Assembly (NCBI GenBank): GCA_019894975.1
Contig: JAGXNO010000002.1
Coordinates: 64,001-128,000 of the forward strand
Source: Promethearchaeota archaeon
GTDB lineage: Archaea; Asgardarchaeota; Lokiarchaeia; Sigyniarchaeales; SOKP01
Length of the DNA stretch: 64,000 nucleotides
Reading direction: 5' to 3'
Made by a program: the position numbers and the translations under genes. How positions within the stretch are numbered: position 1 is the stretch's first letter; the number at the start of each line of letters is the position of its first letter. This document shows, one piece after another, positions 29,221-38,991 of the stretch. Under the pieces are notes generated by a model. That model searched no databases, was not told the origin of the DNA, and saw nothing but the letters and a program-made list of their open reading frames with translations.

Positions 29221-31821
29221 TTATTTAAAGATATGAATTGATATATTTAGGTCTTCAATTTTTTCTATTAAATCTGGTTTCTGCTTAATAGCAGAGTCCT
29301 CTAAATCTTCAAGAAATTCTAAATTCGCTATTCTAATAGTAGATCTAATATCTTCTTCAAGAACCTTTATCATATCTAACTTTTCTTTATTAGTGAGAAT
29401 TATTACTTGCTTTATTTCTTGATTTAACGGCATTTGCAGTTTTGATTTATTCATCCTTAATAGTTTAATGATTTCAACACCCAACTTTCCACTTTCATAC
29501 ATTTCCATAGAAATATTTTGGTATATCAAAGGCCAGTTTTCCTTATGTATTGATTTTATATTTCTAAATCTACTATAGAGTATTGAATAAATTTCCTCAG
29601 ATATAAAAGGCATTGTAATAGCAATTACTGTTAGCAACTTATAAAACAAATTCAGAGCATTTCTCAAAGAAATTTTCCTTAATTGAAGATCATCAACATA
29701 AAATTTGTATTTAATTGCTTCAATATAATTATCACATATATCATTCCAGAAGAAAGATCGTAAGATCATCATAGCTTCGTGCCAATTATAATCATCTAAA
29801 TTTTTAGTGATCAATTCTAACTTATTATTAAATTCAGAAAAGAAATAGCTATCAACTGCCGACAATTCCGAAGAATTAATATCAAGGGTTTCTAGAGCTA
29901 TTTTGTTTAAATTAAGATTTAAAAATCTGTAAGCGTTCCATATTTTGGTCACAAACCTAGAAGCACCTATTAATTGGTCATATCTTATCCCATACTTCTT
30001 ATTGAATTTATCTTCTGGTAGTTTTTGTTTTTCTTTTAAAATAGTTTGAAGAGAGATTGGTTGTTTTGTATGAAGATTTATCCAATTGAAGTCAAATGGG
30101 TAATCGTCACCTAATGAACCCATAGCTGCCCAGTATCTAATAGCATCTGCCCCAAATTTTGGCATTACATCATCCGGAGAAACAGAATTTCCAAGACTTT
30201 TTGACATGTGACGACCATCTGGGCCTGCTACCATCCCATTTATCATTACTTCATGGAAAGGAGCTTTTCCCGTCAATTTTTTACAGCGGAATAAAGTGTA
30301 AAATAACCAAGTCCGAATAATCTCATATCCCTGCGGTCTATGAACCTTAGCTTTAAGATAAGTTTTCTTAAAAAATTCATCATCTTCTTTCCATTTTGCG
30401 ATTTCTAAAGGAGTTATACTCGAGTCAATCCAACAATCACATACATCTTTTTCTCCAATTATATTTTTGCTGCTACACTTAGGACATTTTTCTATGGTAG
30501 GTTGTGTTTTTACGGGATCTAAAGGTAAGTCTTCACGATTCGGAGAAATAATTTCTCCACATTCTTTACAATACCAAAACGGGATTGGTGTGCCAAAAAC
30601 TCGTTGACGTGAAATAACCCAATTCCAAGTTAAGCCTTCTGCCCAATCTAATAATCTCTGCTTTTGTTTTTCAGGATGCCAATTCATTTTTTCAGCAGAT
30701 TGAATAATTTCTTGTGTAAAATCCTTTACATTAATAAACCACTGATAAACAGGTAAATATTCTATTGGTTTTCGACATGATCCACGTTCAGTATGAACTA
30801 TAATACTATGTTCATACTCCTCTATTTTTTCAATTAATTCCATTTCTTTAAGGTCTTTTACAATTTCCTCTCGAGCCTCAAGAATTGTAAGCCCTTGGTA
30901 TTTAGAATTCTCATTCAGATGACCGTCTTCTGTGAAAATCTGAATCTCATCAAGATTATATTGAATTTTCCAATTAATATCCATTTCATCTCCATAAGTA
31001 CAAACATAAACAATCCCTGTTCCGAAACTCATATCTACTGTATTATCCATATAGACTCGAACAGATCGATCTGTGAAAGGAATCTTTATCTCGGCAGCAG
31101 AAAGATGATAATATCTCTCATCATTTGGGTGAACCATTATAGCAACACATGCTTCCATATATTCAGGTCGTGTCGTTGCTATAGTAACGAATTCATTATC
31201 TCTCTCAGCAATTGGTAGTTTTATATACCATAATTTACCTTGTTCTTCCTGATAACCTACTTCCGCTTTTGCAACAGATGTTTCACAGTTAACGCAGAAA
31301 TGAGTAGGGAATTTATCACGATATAACCAACCCTTCTCGTAAAAATCTAAGAGTGATATTTGAACTTTATACTTATAATCATCGTTCATAGTTCGATACG
31401 TATAATTCCAATCGGTAGAATATCCCAAGTCATCAAATTGTCTTCTCATGTTTCTAATATTGTTGTTAACCCATTCTACACATTTTTCAAGGAATTCTTC
31501 TCTCTGATGTTGAGAGATTCCATACTCTTTTTGAACAGCAAGTTCTACCGGAAGACCGTGGCAATCAAAACCTTGTGGGAAATATACATTTTCTCCTCTC
31601 ATCTTATGATATCTTGCTACAAAATCAATCCATGAATGATTTAAAATGTGCCCCATATGGAGATCTCCACTCACAAAAGGAGGAGGAGTGTCCATTGAAA
31701 ATATTTCGCCCTTTTGATTGATATCAAAAGCATATATATTCTCAATCTTCCAAAAATTTTTCCATTTCTCTTGAACTGCTTTAAAATTGAACCTTTTAGG
31801 AAATACAGTTTCTTCTGTCAT
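29221..31821 (-). CDS. valS: valine--tRNA ligase (archaeal type)
   Basis: DTPPP, HMGH (HIGH), GFDCHGLP, ATTRPE, WVISRQR, HMSKS. Confidence 0.96.
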   Translation of the reverse strand: MTEETVFPKRFNFKAVQEKWKNFWKIENIYAFDINQKGEIFSMDTPPPFVSGDLHMGHILNHSWIDFVARYHKMRGENVYFPQGFDCHGLPVELAVQKEYGISQHQREEFLEKCVEWVNNNIRNMRRQFDDLGYSTDWNYTYRTMNDDYKYKVQISLLDFYEKGWLYRDKFPTHFCVNCETSVAKAEVGYQEEQGKLWYIKLPIAERDNEFVTIATTRPEYMEACVAIMVHPNDERYYHLSAAEIKIPFTDRSVRVYMDNTVDMSFGTGIVYVCTYGDEMDINWKIQYNLDEIQIFTEDGHLNENSKYQGLTILEAREEIVKDLKEMELIEKIEEYEHSIIVHTERGSCRKPIEYLPVYQWFINVKDFTQEIIQSAEKMNWHPEKQKQRLLDWAEGLTWNWVISRQRVFGTPIPFWYCKECGEIISPNREDLPLDPVKTQPTIEKCPKCSSKNIIGEKDVCDCWIDSSITPLEIAKWKEDDEFFKKTYLKAKVHRPQGYEIIRTWLFYTLFRCKKLTGKAPFHEVMINGMVAGPDGRHMSKSLGNSVSPDDVMPKFGADAIRYWAAMGSLGDDYPFDFNWINLHTKQPISLQTILKEKQKLPEDKFNKKYGIRYDQLIGASRFVTKIWNAYRFLNLNLNKIALETLDINSSELSAVDSYFFSEFNNKLELITKNLDDYNWHEAMMILRSFFWNDICDNYIEAIKYKFYVDDLQLRKISLRNALNLFYKLLTVIAITMPFISEEIYSILYSRFRNIKSIHKENWPLIYQNISMEMYESGKLGVEIIKLLRMNKSKLQMPLNQEIKQVIILTNKEKLDMIKVLEEDIRSTIRIANLEFLEDLEDSAIKQKPDLIEKIEDLNISIHIFK

Positions 31822-31902
31822 AATAAATACTATTAGAAGGTTTATTAATTTTAAAATCTATAATACGTGATCTGTTATATATTGTGAATTATTAATGATT
31901 AA

Positions 31903-32004
31903 TGGACCTGACGGGAATTGAACCCGTGACCTCTTGAATGCGAATCATGTAATTAAGCGTCTTGCTTAATTAAATCAAGCAATCTTCCACTGATCTACAG
32001 GCCC
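31903..32004 (-). tRNA. tRNA-Ala(CGC) with a 30-nt intron at non-canonical position 32/33 (intron 31944-31973)
   Basis: Acceptor GGGCCTG/CAGGTCC with G3:U70; T-arm ACGGG-TTCAATT-CCCGT; anticodon arm CTTGA-TTCGCAT-TCAAG after removing the hairpin intron. Confidence 0.93.
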
Positions 32005-32086
32005 ATAAATAATTGTTTATATTTATAAAATCAAAATAACTAAAATCTTTTATTATTTTTCTTTGATTTTAAGAAAAAAAAATTGA

Positions 32087-34465
32087 TTAGTATTCTGTCC
32101 GAGTAATTATTTCATCTTGTGCACTTTTCGATAATTCTGTAAAATATACCGAATATCCAGCGATTCTTACTACTAATCCTCTATGAATCTCAGGATTTTT
32201 TTGAGCTTCACATAGAGTTTGTTTTCCCACAACATTAAATTGGATTTGGTAACCCCCTTCAGGCTCAAAATAAGTTCTAATTAAGGGCATTAGTAGATCT
32301 GGTTTTAATGTATTTGGATGAAAAGATAAAATTAAGGAGTTTCCGTTTGTCATTAACTCATTTTTTAATTTTTTGATAGAATTTAGAATAGCTGTAGGGC
32401 CTTTCTTATCCATAGCACTTGTAGGGCAAAGACCATTTGAAAGAGGATCTGTCTTTTTCCTACCATCTGCTGAAGCTCCTGTAAAAACACCAAATGCTAG
32501 GTGAAATGTTGTGGAGTAAATTCCAGGATTAAACTTCCCTCCCCGAAAATTAGTATGTTTAGAAATTTCTTCACAATAAAATTTTGCAACTTCAACAGCT
32601 ATTTGATCAACATAATCGTTATCATTCCCAAATTTAGGAATTTTATTTACAAAATATTCTCTCCATTCTGTTCCTTTTCTTCCTTGATAAACGCCTCTAT
32701 AATTTTTGGCTAGTAATTGAACTAAATCGTCAAAAGGGAGTAACTTTTCTTCGAAAACGATCTTTTTAATTACAGCAAGGCTATCTGCAACTGTAGCTAA
32801 ACCAACCAATTGAGGGCCTGTAAAGTTGTATATAGCACCTCCCATAGTAATATCTAATCCTCGTTCTATACAATTATCTATAGTTGCTGATAAAAATGGT
32901 TGAGGTGTTAATTCAGCAATAGATTTATCTAGAAAAAACATTATTTTTACCATATATTCAATGAAAAATTTTACCTGATCCTGAAATGTCTTCCAGAGAT
33001 CTTCATACGATTTAATTTCCTTTTTATTCTTAATCCCATATTCTTTCCGAGATAACATATCAACTCCATTATTTAATGTCAACTCTAAACATTTCACAAT
33101 GTTAAATTGGTTTGCGTTTGTTGAACCAAATGACTTGCTGGGGTGCTGGGGTTCAACACATCCTATTGGTGCATATTCTCGAGCATCCTCTAGAGTAAAA
33201 CCTTTATTGATTAGACCGGGTATCATTACTTGATCATTAAGTAAAGCAATACTTGTGCCCTTTTTTATTGATTCCCCAACTGTAATAAGAAATTCTTCAG
33301 AAGTATCTTGATGTATTCGCACGCAAAAAGTAGGTTGCACTGATTTAATATGAGTATAACCTTCCAATATTATAAGAGATAACTCATTCAAGGCATCATT
33401 TCCTTCACGGTCTAATCCTCCAATTACTACATTTTCAGCAATAGGGGGGCCCTCTACAGCAACAACTCCTTTTGAAATAACATAATTCCATAAGGTAGAG
33501 AGTTTGATAAAAAAACATTCTATAAGAAATTGAGCTTTGTCTCTTGTAATTTTTCCCTCTTTTATATCTGCTAAATAGTAAGGATACAAATATTGATCTA
33601 ATCGCCCTATAGAAATAGCAAAGCCACCATCTTCTAAACCACATATTAAATGAGTAAAATATATTAATTGTAAGGCTTCTTCAAAATTTTTTGGGGCTTC
33701 ACTTGAAATATTTTTACAATTCATAGAGATTTCATGAAGTTCTTTTTTACGGATACCAACTTGTTCTTTTTCTGCCATTTCTTCTGCCAAATTTGAGAAT
33801 CTTATTATGAATTTTTTTGCTGCTTTCAATAAAATGATTACAGACTCCAAAAAAGTCTTTTTATCCTTATCTTCGAATTCTCTCTTCATATTTATTTCTG
33901 CTTTTTGAATTAATCCATTGATTCCCACAGCCAATAAATTTTCATGACCTGGAAAAAAATGCCCAATTCCACTAGAAAGTTCTACATCTACAGCAAAAAC
34001 GAGCTTTTCCATAATATTTTTAATATCTTGGCTTAAATAGGATTGAAAACGCTCTTGTACGGTGATTTCTTCATTTTTCCAATAAGGTATTAGTTTTTCT
34101 CTTATATGCTGCCGTTCTTGATCGTTTAGGAAAAGTTTTTGAACGGGACGAGAAGCATAACTATCAATATCTTGCTCTATTGTATCGATTCGAGCCTCAG
34201 GAAAAAGAGGAGTTCCCACATATTTTGTACATCTGTTTCCAACAATATATTCATCTTGCCATATTTTGATAGACATATTTGTTAGATAGTAATCCATAGC
34301 TTTTGCAAACCTAAGAATCGGGTCTTCTTCTTTAGTGTTTTTGTAGGATTCCGTAAACAAATTAGCTCTTTCTATACATATTTCATGAGGGGCGTTAATC
34401 AATTCATTTTTCATTCTCAGCGTGCGTTCATTATATTTGGAGATGGAAATTTGTTCTATTTGCAT
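32087..34465 (-). CDS. glycyl radical enzyme (PflD/dehydratase-like, substrate unknown)
   Basis: SIGRLDQYLYP, Cys loop GCVEP, glycyl motif VRIAGYS. Confidence 0.93.
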   Translation of the reverse strand: MQIEQISISKYNERTLRMKNELINAPHEICIERANLFTESYKNTKEEDPILRFAKAMDYYLTNMSIKIWQDEYIVGNRCTKYVGTPLFPEARIDTIEQDIDSYASRPVQKLFLNDQERQHIREKLIPYWKNEEITVQERFQSYLSQDIKNIMEKLVFAVDVELSSGIGHFFPGHENLLAVGINGLIQKAEINMKREFEDKDKKTFLESVIILLKAAKKFIIRFSNLAEEMAEKEQVGIRKKELHEISMNCKNISSEAPKNFEEALQLIYFTHLICGLEDGGFAISIGRLDQYLYPYYLADIKEGKITRDKAQFLIECFFIKLSTLWNYVISKGVVAVEGPPIAENVVIGGLDREGNDALNELSLIILEGYTHIKSVQPTFCVRIHQDTSEEFLITVGESIKKGTSIALLNDQVMIPGLINKGFTLEDAREYAPIGCVEPQHPSKSFGSTNANQFNIVKCLELTLNNGVDMLSRKEYGIKNKKEIKSYEDLWKTFQDQVKFFIEYMVKIMFFLDKSIAELTPQPFLSATIDNCIERGLDITMGGAIYNFTGPQLVGLATVADSLAVIKKIVFEEKLLPFDDLVQLLAKNYRGVYQGRKGTEWREYFVNKIPKFGNDNDYVDQIAVEVAKFYCEEISKHTNFRGGKFNPGIYSTTFHLAFGVFTGASADGRKKTDPLSNGLCPTSAMDKKGPTAILNSIKKLKNELMTNGNSLILSFHPNTLKPDLLMPLIRTYFEPEGGYQIQFNVVGKQTLCEAQKNPEIHRGLVVRIAGYSVYFTELSKSAQDEIITRTEY

Positions 34466-34568
34466 ATATATCCCTAAATATTATCATAATTCAGATTAAA
34501 TATGATTAAAATTGCATAGTTTAATAAAAATTTCTATTTTATTAAAGAAATTCTGGTACATAATAGAT

Positions 34569-35405
34569 TTAAATATATTTCATTATTTGATTTTTACTTT
34601 CGGGAGAAAATAAGAGTCTGGATTTTCTCTCATCTTGAAACCTTTTAATTGCTACATCTAAATATTCTTTATTTGAGTCTATCCCAATAAATTTTCGTTT
34701 TAAAATACTGCTTGCTATTCCAGTTGTGCCAGATCCTGTAAAAGGATCTAATACTAAATCTCCTTCATTTGAAGAGGATGTTATTATTCTATTTAATAAT
34801 TCTAATGGTTTTTGAGTCGGATGTTTGCCAAATTCTTTTTCCTTCTTAGGTATTAAAGGAATTGACCATACGCTCCTCATTTGTTTATCCTTATTCTTTA
34901 ATTTGTCTTTAGGATTATTCCAAACTTTCATTTCACCATAGTTAAAAGTGTGGTGAGATTCCCTTGATTTTCGTGCCCATAAAACAATTTCGTGGCTGTG
35001 AGTAAAGTACTTACAAGATAAATTTGGTGGAGCATTAGGTTTATACCAGATAATATCATTAATTATATCATACCCATTTTTTTCTAATAGATAACCAACT
35101 TTGTATATATTATGTAATGTTCCAGAGACCCAAATACTTCCATCCTCTTTTAATACTTCCTTACAAGCTTTGATCCACGAATCAATAGACTTAAGATCTT
35201 CATCAAATCCCATAGATTTATCCCAATTCCCCTTATTTACTGAAACCATCTTCCCCGATTGGCATGTAATCCCATCATTTGAAAGTAAATAAGGAGGATC
35301 AACGTAAATTAAGTCAAATTTAATATTGTGCAATTGTTTTAAGATCTTTAAAGCATCACCATGAAACAAACTGAATTCTTCTTCTTGATAATAGGGTTTT
35401 ATCAT
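34569..35405 (-). CDS. orphan beta-class adenine DNA methyltransferase, DpnA/M2.DpnII-like
   Basis: DPPYLLSNDG...SVNKGNWDK, HPTQKP, DPFTGSGTT. Confidence 0.9.
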   Translation of the reverse strand: MIKPYYQEEEFSLFHGDALKILKQLHNIKFDLIYVDPPYLLSNDGITCQSGKMVSVNKGNWDKSMGFDEDLKSIDSWIKACKEVLKEDGSIWVSGTLHNIYKVGYLLEKNGYDIINDIIWYKPNAPPNLSCKYFTHSHEIVLWARKSRESHHTFNYGEMKVWNNPKDKLKNKDKQMRSVWSIPLIPKKEKEFGKHPTQKPLELLNRIITSSSNEGDLVLDPFTGSGTTGIASSILKRKFIGIDSNKEYLDVAIKRFQDERKSRLLFSPESKNQIMKYI

Positions 35406-35553
35406 TTTTTAATAAAAATAGATATAGGTAGTAATAATCTAAGAAATAACTAAGAAATTATAATATCTTTTAATTATTAACTTTAAAGTTTTATATTATC
35501 TAGTACTTAATATTCATGTAATAAGATCAAAACATAGATTTAGAGAACCTAGC

Positions 35554-36495
35554 ATGATAAATAAAGAAAAGTTTGAGAAATTATTTAATCAACACTTAGT
35601 TAAAGATATTTCAGAAGAGCAAATAGATATAGTTCTTTCAGGTCAATATGGTAAAGCTCTTGAATTATTAAGAGACTCAGAAGCAACAGGTTTATTCCCT
35701 GCTCTAGTAGGGCCTCCTGGAGTGGGTAAAACTATCTTATGTAGATATTTTGCCAGCCTTAGAGCTAAGGAAAATAAGAATAAGAGTTTTAATTGGTTAA
35801 CAATGGATGAAAGTATCAAACCCTCGCATTTCCTTGGCTCATTTGATCCTGCAATAACCCTAAAAAAAGGATTTGTATTAGAAGCTTTTAATCCTGGACC
35901 TTTGTTGAATGCGATGCTTGAGGGAGGAACTTTTCTGGCAAATGAAATTAACAGAGCGACAGAATATTCACAAAATACACTATTGGAACCGTTAGAAGAA
36001 GCCTCTATCGGAATCCCGCATTTAGGACGTATAAAAGCGGATAAAAATTTCTTTTTTATATGTGCTATGAATCCTGAAGAATTATCAGGAACCCACCGCT
36101 TATCGGAAGCATTAAAAGATAGAATAAAGGTGTGGATCAAATTAACTTATCCTGATAAATCAACGGAGTTAGATATTATAAGACTTAATTTACCCGAACA
36201 TTTTATTATAGAAGAGTCAGAATTAGAGTTAATATATTCTGTTATAAAGGAAACTAGACAAAATAAAATTGATGTAGAAATTCCAGCTTCAATAAGAGCT
36301 GGAATAGCTATGGCCAAATTGTTAGGAAGAAGAAAGCAGGTTGAAAAAGATAGCAAACTGATAGAAAAAGAATCGATATATACTGCTCTCTCAGAAATTG
36401 CCAAAAATGTCTTATTAGGGAGTATAAAGCCCAAACCTGGCGTTAAAGTTGAAAATATTATAGAAAGTATTATACATAAAACTTTAGGTGGCTAA
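35554..36495 (+). CDS. MoxR-family AAA+ ATPase
   Basis: GPPGVGKT, GPL, FLANEINRA, AMNP, LSEALKDR. Confidence 0.92.
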   Translation: MINKEKFEKLFNQHLVKDISEEQIDIVLSGQYGKALELLRDSEATGLFPALVGPPGVGKTILCRYFASLRAKENKNKSFNWLTMDESIKPSHFLGSFDPAITLKKGFVLEAFNPGPLLNAMLEGGTFLANEINRATEYSQNTLLEPLEEASIGIPHLGRIKADKNFFFICAMNPEELSGTHRLSEALKDRIKVWIKLTYPDKSTELDIIRLNLPEHFIIEESELELIYSVIKETRQNKIDVEIPASIRAGIAMAKLLGRRKQVEKDSKLIEKESIYTALSEIAKNVLLGSIKPKPGVKVENIIESIIHKTLGG

Positions 36496-38983
36496 TTTTT
36501 TGGGGATTTTTCCTGAGAATCCATGTGAATTCGCAGTGGAATTTATTAGAAGGATGAGAAATCATCCAGATATAATCCAGATACCATCTTCAAGACAGGT
36601 TTTATCAATTCCCAAATTAATAGTTTCTAGATATTATCGTAAGGGAGAAGTAACTCCAAATGACTTTATTGAAATAAGTGCTGTTACGTCATTCCCGGAT
36701 AATCAAAATTTAGCAAAGGAAATTGCTTTTGAAGTTTTATTTCCTAATTATAAAAAGAACATAATGAATTCTTTCTTCGAAGATAATGAAATAAGTGAAC
36801 AACCGTTAATGAGTGCAGAAATAAAATCAGAATTAGATCAAATTCAAGATTTAATCGACGAAATCGAAATGTCTGATTTTATAGATACTAATATGATTAA
36901 AGAAATGGAGCAATTTATGGAAGATTTAAACCAAAGAAGGAATGAGGATCTAATAGAAGCTGCACTCAATTTTTTTAATGATGATTCAGAATTATATAAA
37001 GAGGAAATAAATTCATTTGAGAAGTTACTCGAGGAAGCAAAAAGGAAATTAATTCAAAAAATTAATTCTCTAGATCCTGATGATTTAAAAGCTGGTAATT
37101 CTTTAGGATTAAATGACTTAATTCAAGAAAATTCAAAACGTTCTTGGGAAAAAATAGCAAGTAAAGCTCTAAGTAATCAAGATATTTCTAAAGATTTGGA
37201 AAATTTACTTAAATCAGAGAACATGCAAGATTTACTTCAATCAATTAAATTTCTTGATAAAACAAATGCAATATCAAAAGATTATCTTCAAAAATTAAAA
37301 AATAATTTAGAAAATCAAATTAACAATTTAGATCAATTATTTAATGCTGCTAAAACATTAGGAGAAACACCTAAGTTTAATTTAGATAACGTTATTAACA
37401 ATTCTATACAAAATTCCCCATTTGAGCATAACTTTAATTTAGCAAACTCGTTAGATCAATATTTTGGGACAAACTTAAGATCTTCTTTGCTGGATAAATT
37501 TGATCGAAATAATAATAATTTCAACATGAATCTATCACTTGAAACTCTAACTAAAACCGCATTTGCAAATAAATCTTGGAATTCTCTTTTCAATCAGGCA
37601 CTCCAAAATGCAATAAATGAAGCTATGCATCAAAATAAGAAATTTGAAGCTTTTAAATCACTCACACATCAAATTCAACAACTCTCAAATAGTTGTCAAA
37701 ATTTGCATTGTAGCCAAAAACTAACACAAAACCTTCCCAACCTGAGTGATTTAACTTTAGAATCAAGTGAATCTGCGGATCAACTTAAAAATGTCACCGA
37801 ATTTTTGAGAAAGATAGGTTTGAAACCCCCATCAGAAAAAATAGAATCAATGGGTAAGAAACTCTTAATGTCTGATGAGGATATATACGAACTCATTGAA
37901 CCAAATTATCAATTATTAAAGAAATTAGTTGATAAAAAAACAGCTGATTATGACCGTTTAAGTAGTTTATTGAATCAGATTAAGGATCAGATAAACCCGG
38001 AAAGATTTAAGGAATTAATTGCTACTGCTTTAGCTTCAGATAATCGAGAGGCATTAGGAGCATTAGGTAATTTTAATCTAAGTGATGCTTTAAAAGAAGC
38101 CCAACAAATTGGGGGCAAAGAAGCTCAAGATAAAATGATTTCATGCCTCTCGGCAGGGGGTGGAGAGAATTTACTCAAACAATGGTTTATGCATAGATCA
38201 AAGTTACCTGAAAATGCTAAACAGAAAGTTAAAGAATTAGCTAAGAAAGTATTAATTGAATTAGGGATATATTACTCCCGAGCGCGCTTAGGGAGCTCAA
38301 CTACGGGTCCTATTCCTATAAATATAGTAAGACCATTTACGATTGGAGACGATTTTGAAAATATAGATCTTGAGGAAACACTATACAATATATTAGAGAA
38401 GGGAAAGAAGTTAGATCATATTGAATATGATGATTTTTACGTTTTCGAAACTGCAAAAGGTCTTCGAACAGCATGTTTTGAACTTGATATCTCCGGAAGT
38501 ATGACTGGAGATAAACTTGCATACATGGCGATTTGCGTAACTATGCTATGCTACGGATTACGTAAAGATGAACTCGGAATTACCTTCTTTGAATCTAATA
38601 CACATGTTTTAAAAAACCTTGATCAAAAAATTGATCTAGAAAAATTAGCAGATGAACTCCTTTCTGTATCTGCTAGAGGTGGCACTAAGATACAAAGTGC
38701 TCTGGAGTGGGCAAATAAACAATTTAAAGACCATTCATATTCACGCGAAAAATTAAACGTTTTATTTACCGATGCAGAAATCTTTGACCTTCAAGATTCT
38801 ATGCAGGAGTTAAGAATATTGAGATCATTAGGTGTCGATTTCATTCTAGTGTGTCCTGAAACCTCTTATAATTTAAAAGAAGCTAATAAAATGATAAAAG
38901 TGGTAGGAGGGCAATTACTCACCATAAAAGATTGGAATGCATTCCCTAAATTAATATCTGAAATAATTAAATCAAGATTTTAA
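36488..38983 (+). CDS. vWA-domain protein (CoxE/ViaA-like MoxR partner)
   Basis: C-terminal MIDAS DISGSM, GGT, LFTDA; overlaps the moxR stop. Confidence 0.9.
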   Translation: MANFLGIFPENPCEFAVEFIRRMRNHPDIIQIPSSRQVLSIPKLIVSRYYRKGEVTPNDFIEISAVTSFPDNQNLAKEIAFEVLFPNYKKNIMNSFFEDNEISEQPLMSAEIKSELDQIQDLIDEIEMSDFIDTNMIKEMEQFMEDLNQRRNEDLIEAALNFFNDDSELYKEEINSFEKLLEEAKRKLIQKINSLDPDDLKAGNSLGLNDLIQENSKRSWEKIASKALSNQDISKDLENLLKSENMQDLLQSIKFLDKTNAISKDYLQKLKNNLENQINNLDQLFNAAKTLGETPKFNLDNVINNSIQNSPFEHNFNLANSLDQYFGTNLRSSLLDKFDRNNNNFNMNLSLETLTKTAFANKSWNSLFNQALQNAINEAMHQNKKFEAFKSLTHQIQQLSNSCQNLHCSQKLTQNLPNLSDLTLESSESADQLKNVTEFLRKIGLKPPSEKIESMGKKLLMSDEDIYELIEPNYQLLKKLVDKKTADYDRLSSLLNQIKDQINPERFKELIATALASDNREALGALGNFNLSDALKEAQQIGGKEAQDKMISCLSAGGGENLLKQWFMHRSKLPENAKQKVKELAKKVLIELGIYYSRARLGSSTTGPIPINIVRPFTIGDDFENIDLEETLYNILEKGKKLDHIEYDDFYVFETAKGLRTACFELDISGSMTGDKLAYMAICVTMLCYGLRKDELGITFFESNTHVLKNLDQKIDLEKLADELLSVSARGGTKIQSALEWANKQFKDHSYSREKLNVLFTDAEIFDLQDSMQELRILRSLGVDFILVCPETSYNLKEANKMIKVVGGQLLTIKDWNAFPKLISEIIKSRF

Positions 38984-38991
38984 TAATTAAA

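Noticed and set aside
31903-35405. tRNA-anchored integrated element containing the GRE and methylase
   Set aside because: No tRNA-end duplication or integrase was found, and these genes lie on the 5' side of the tRNA.
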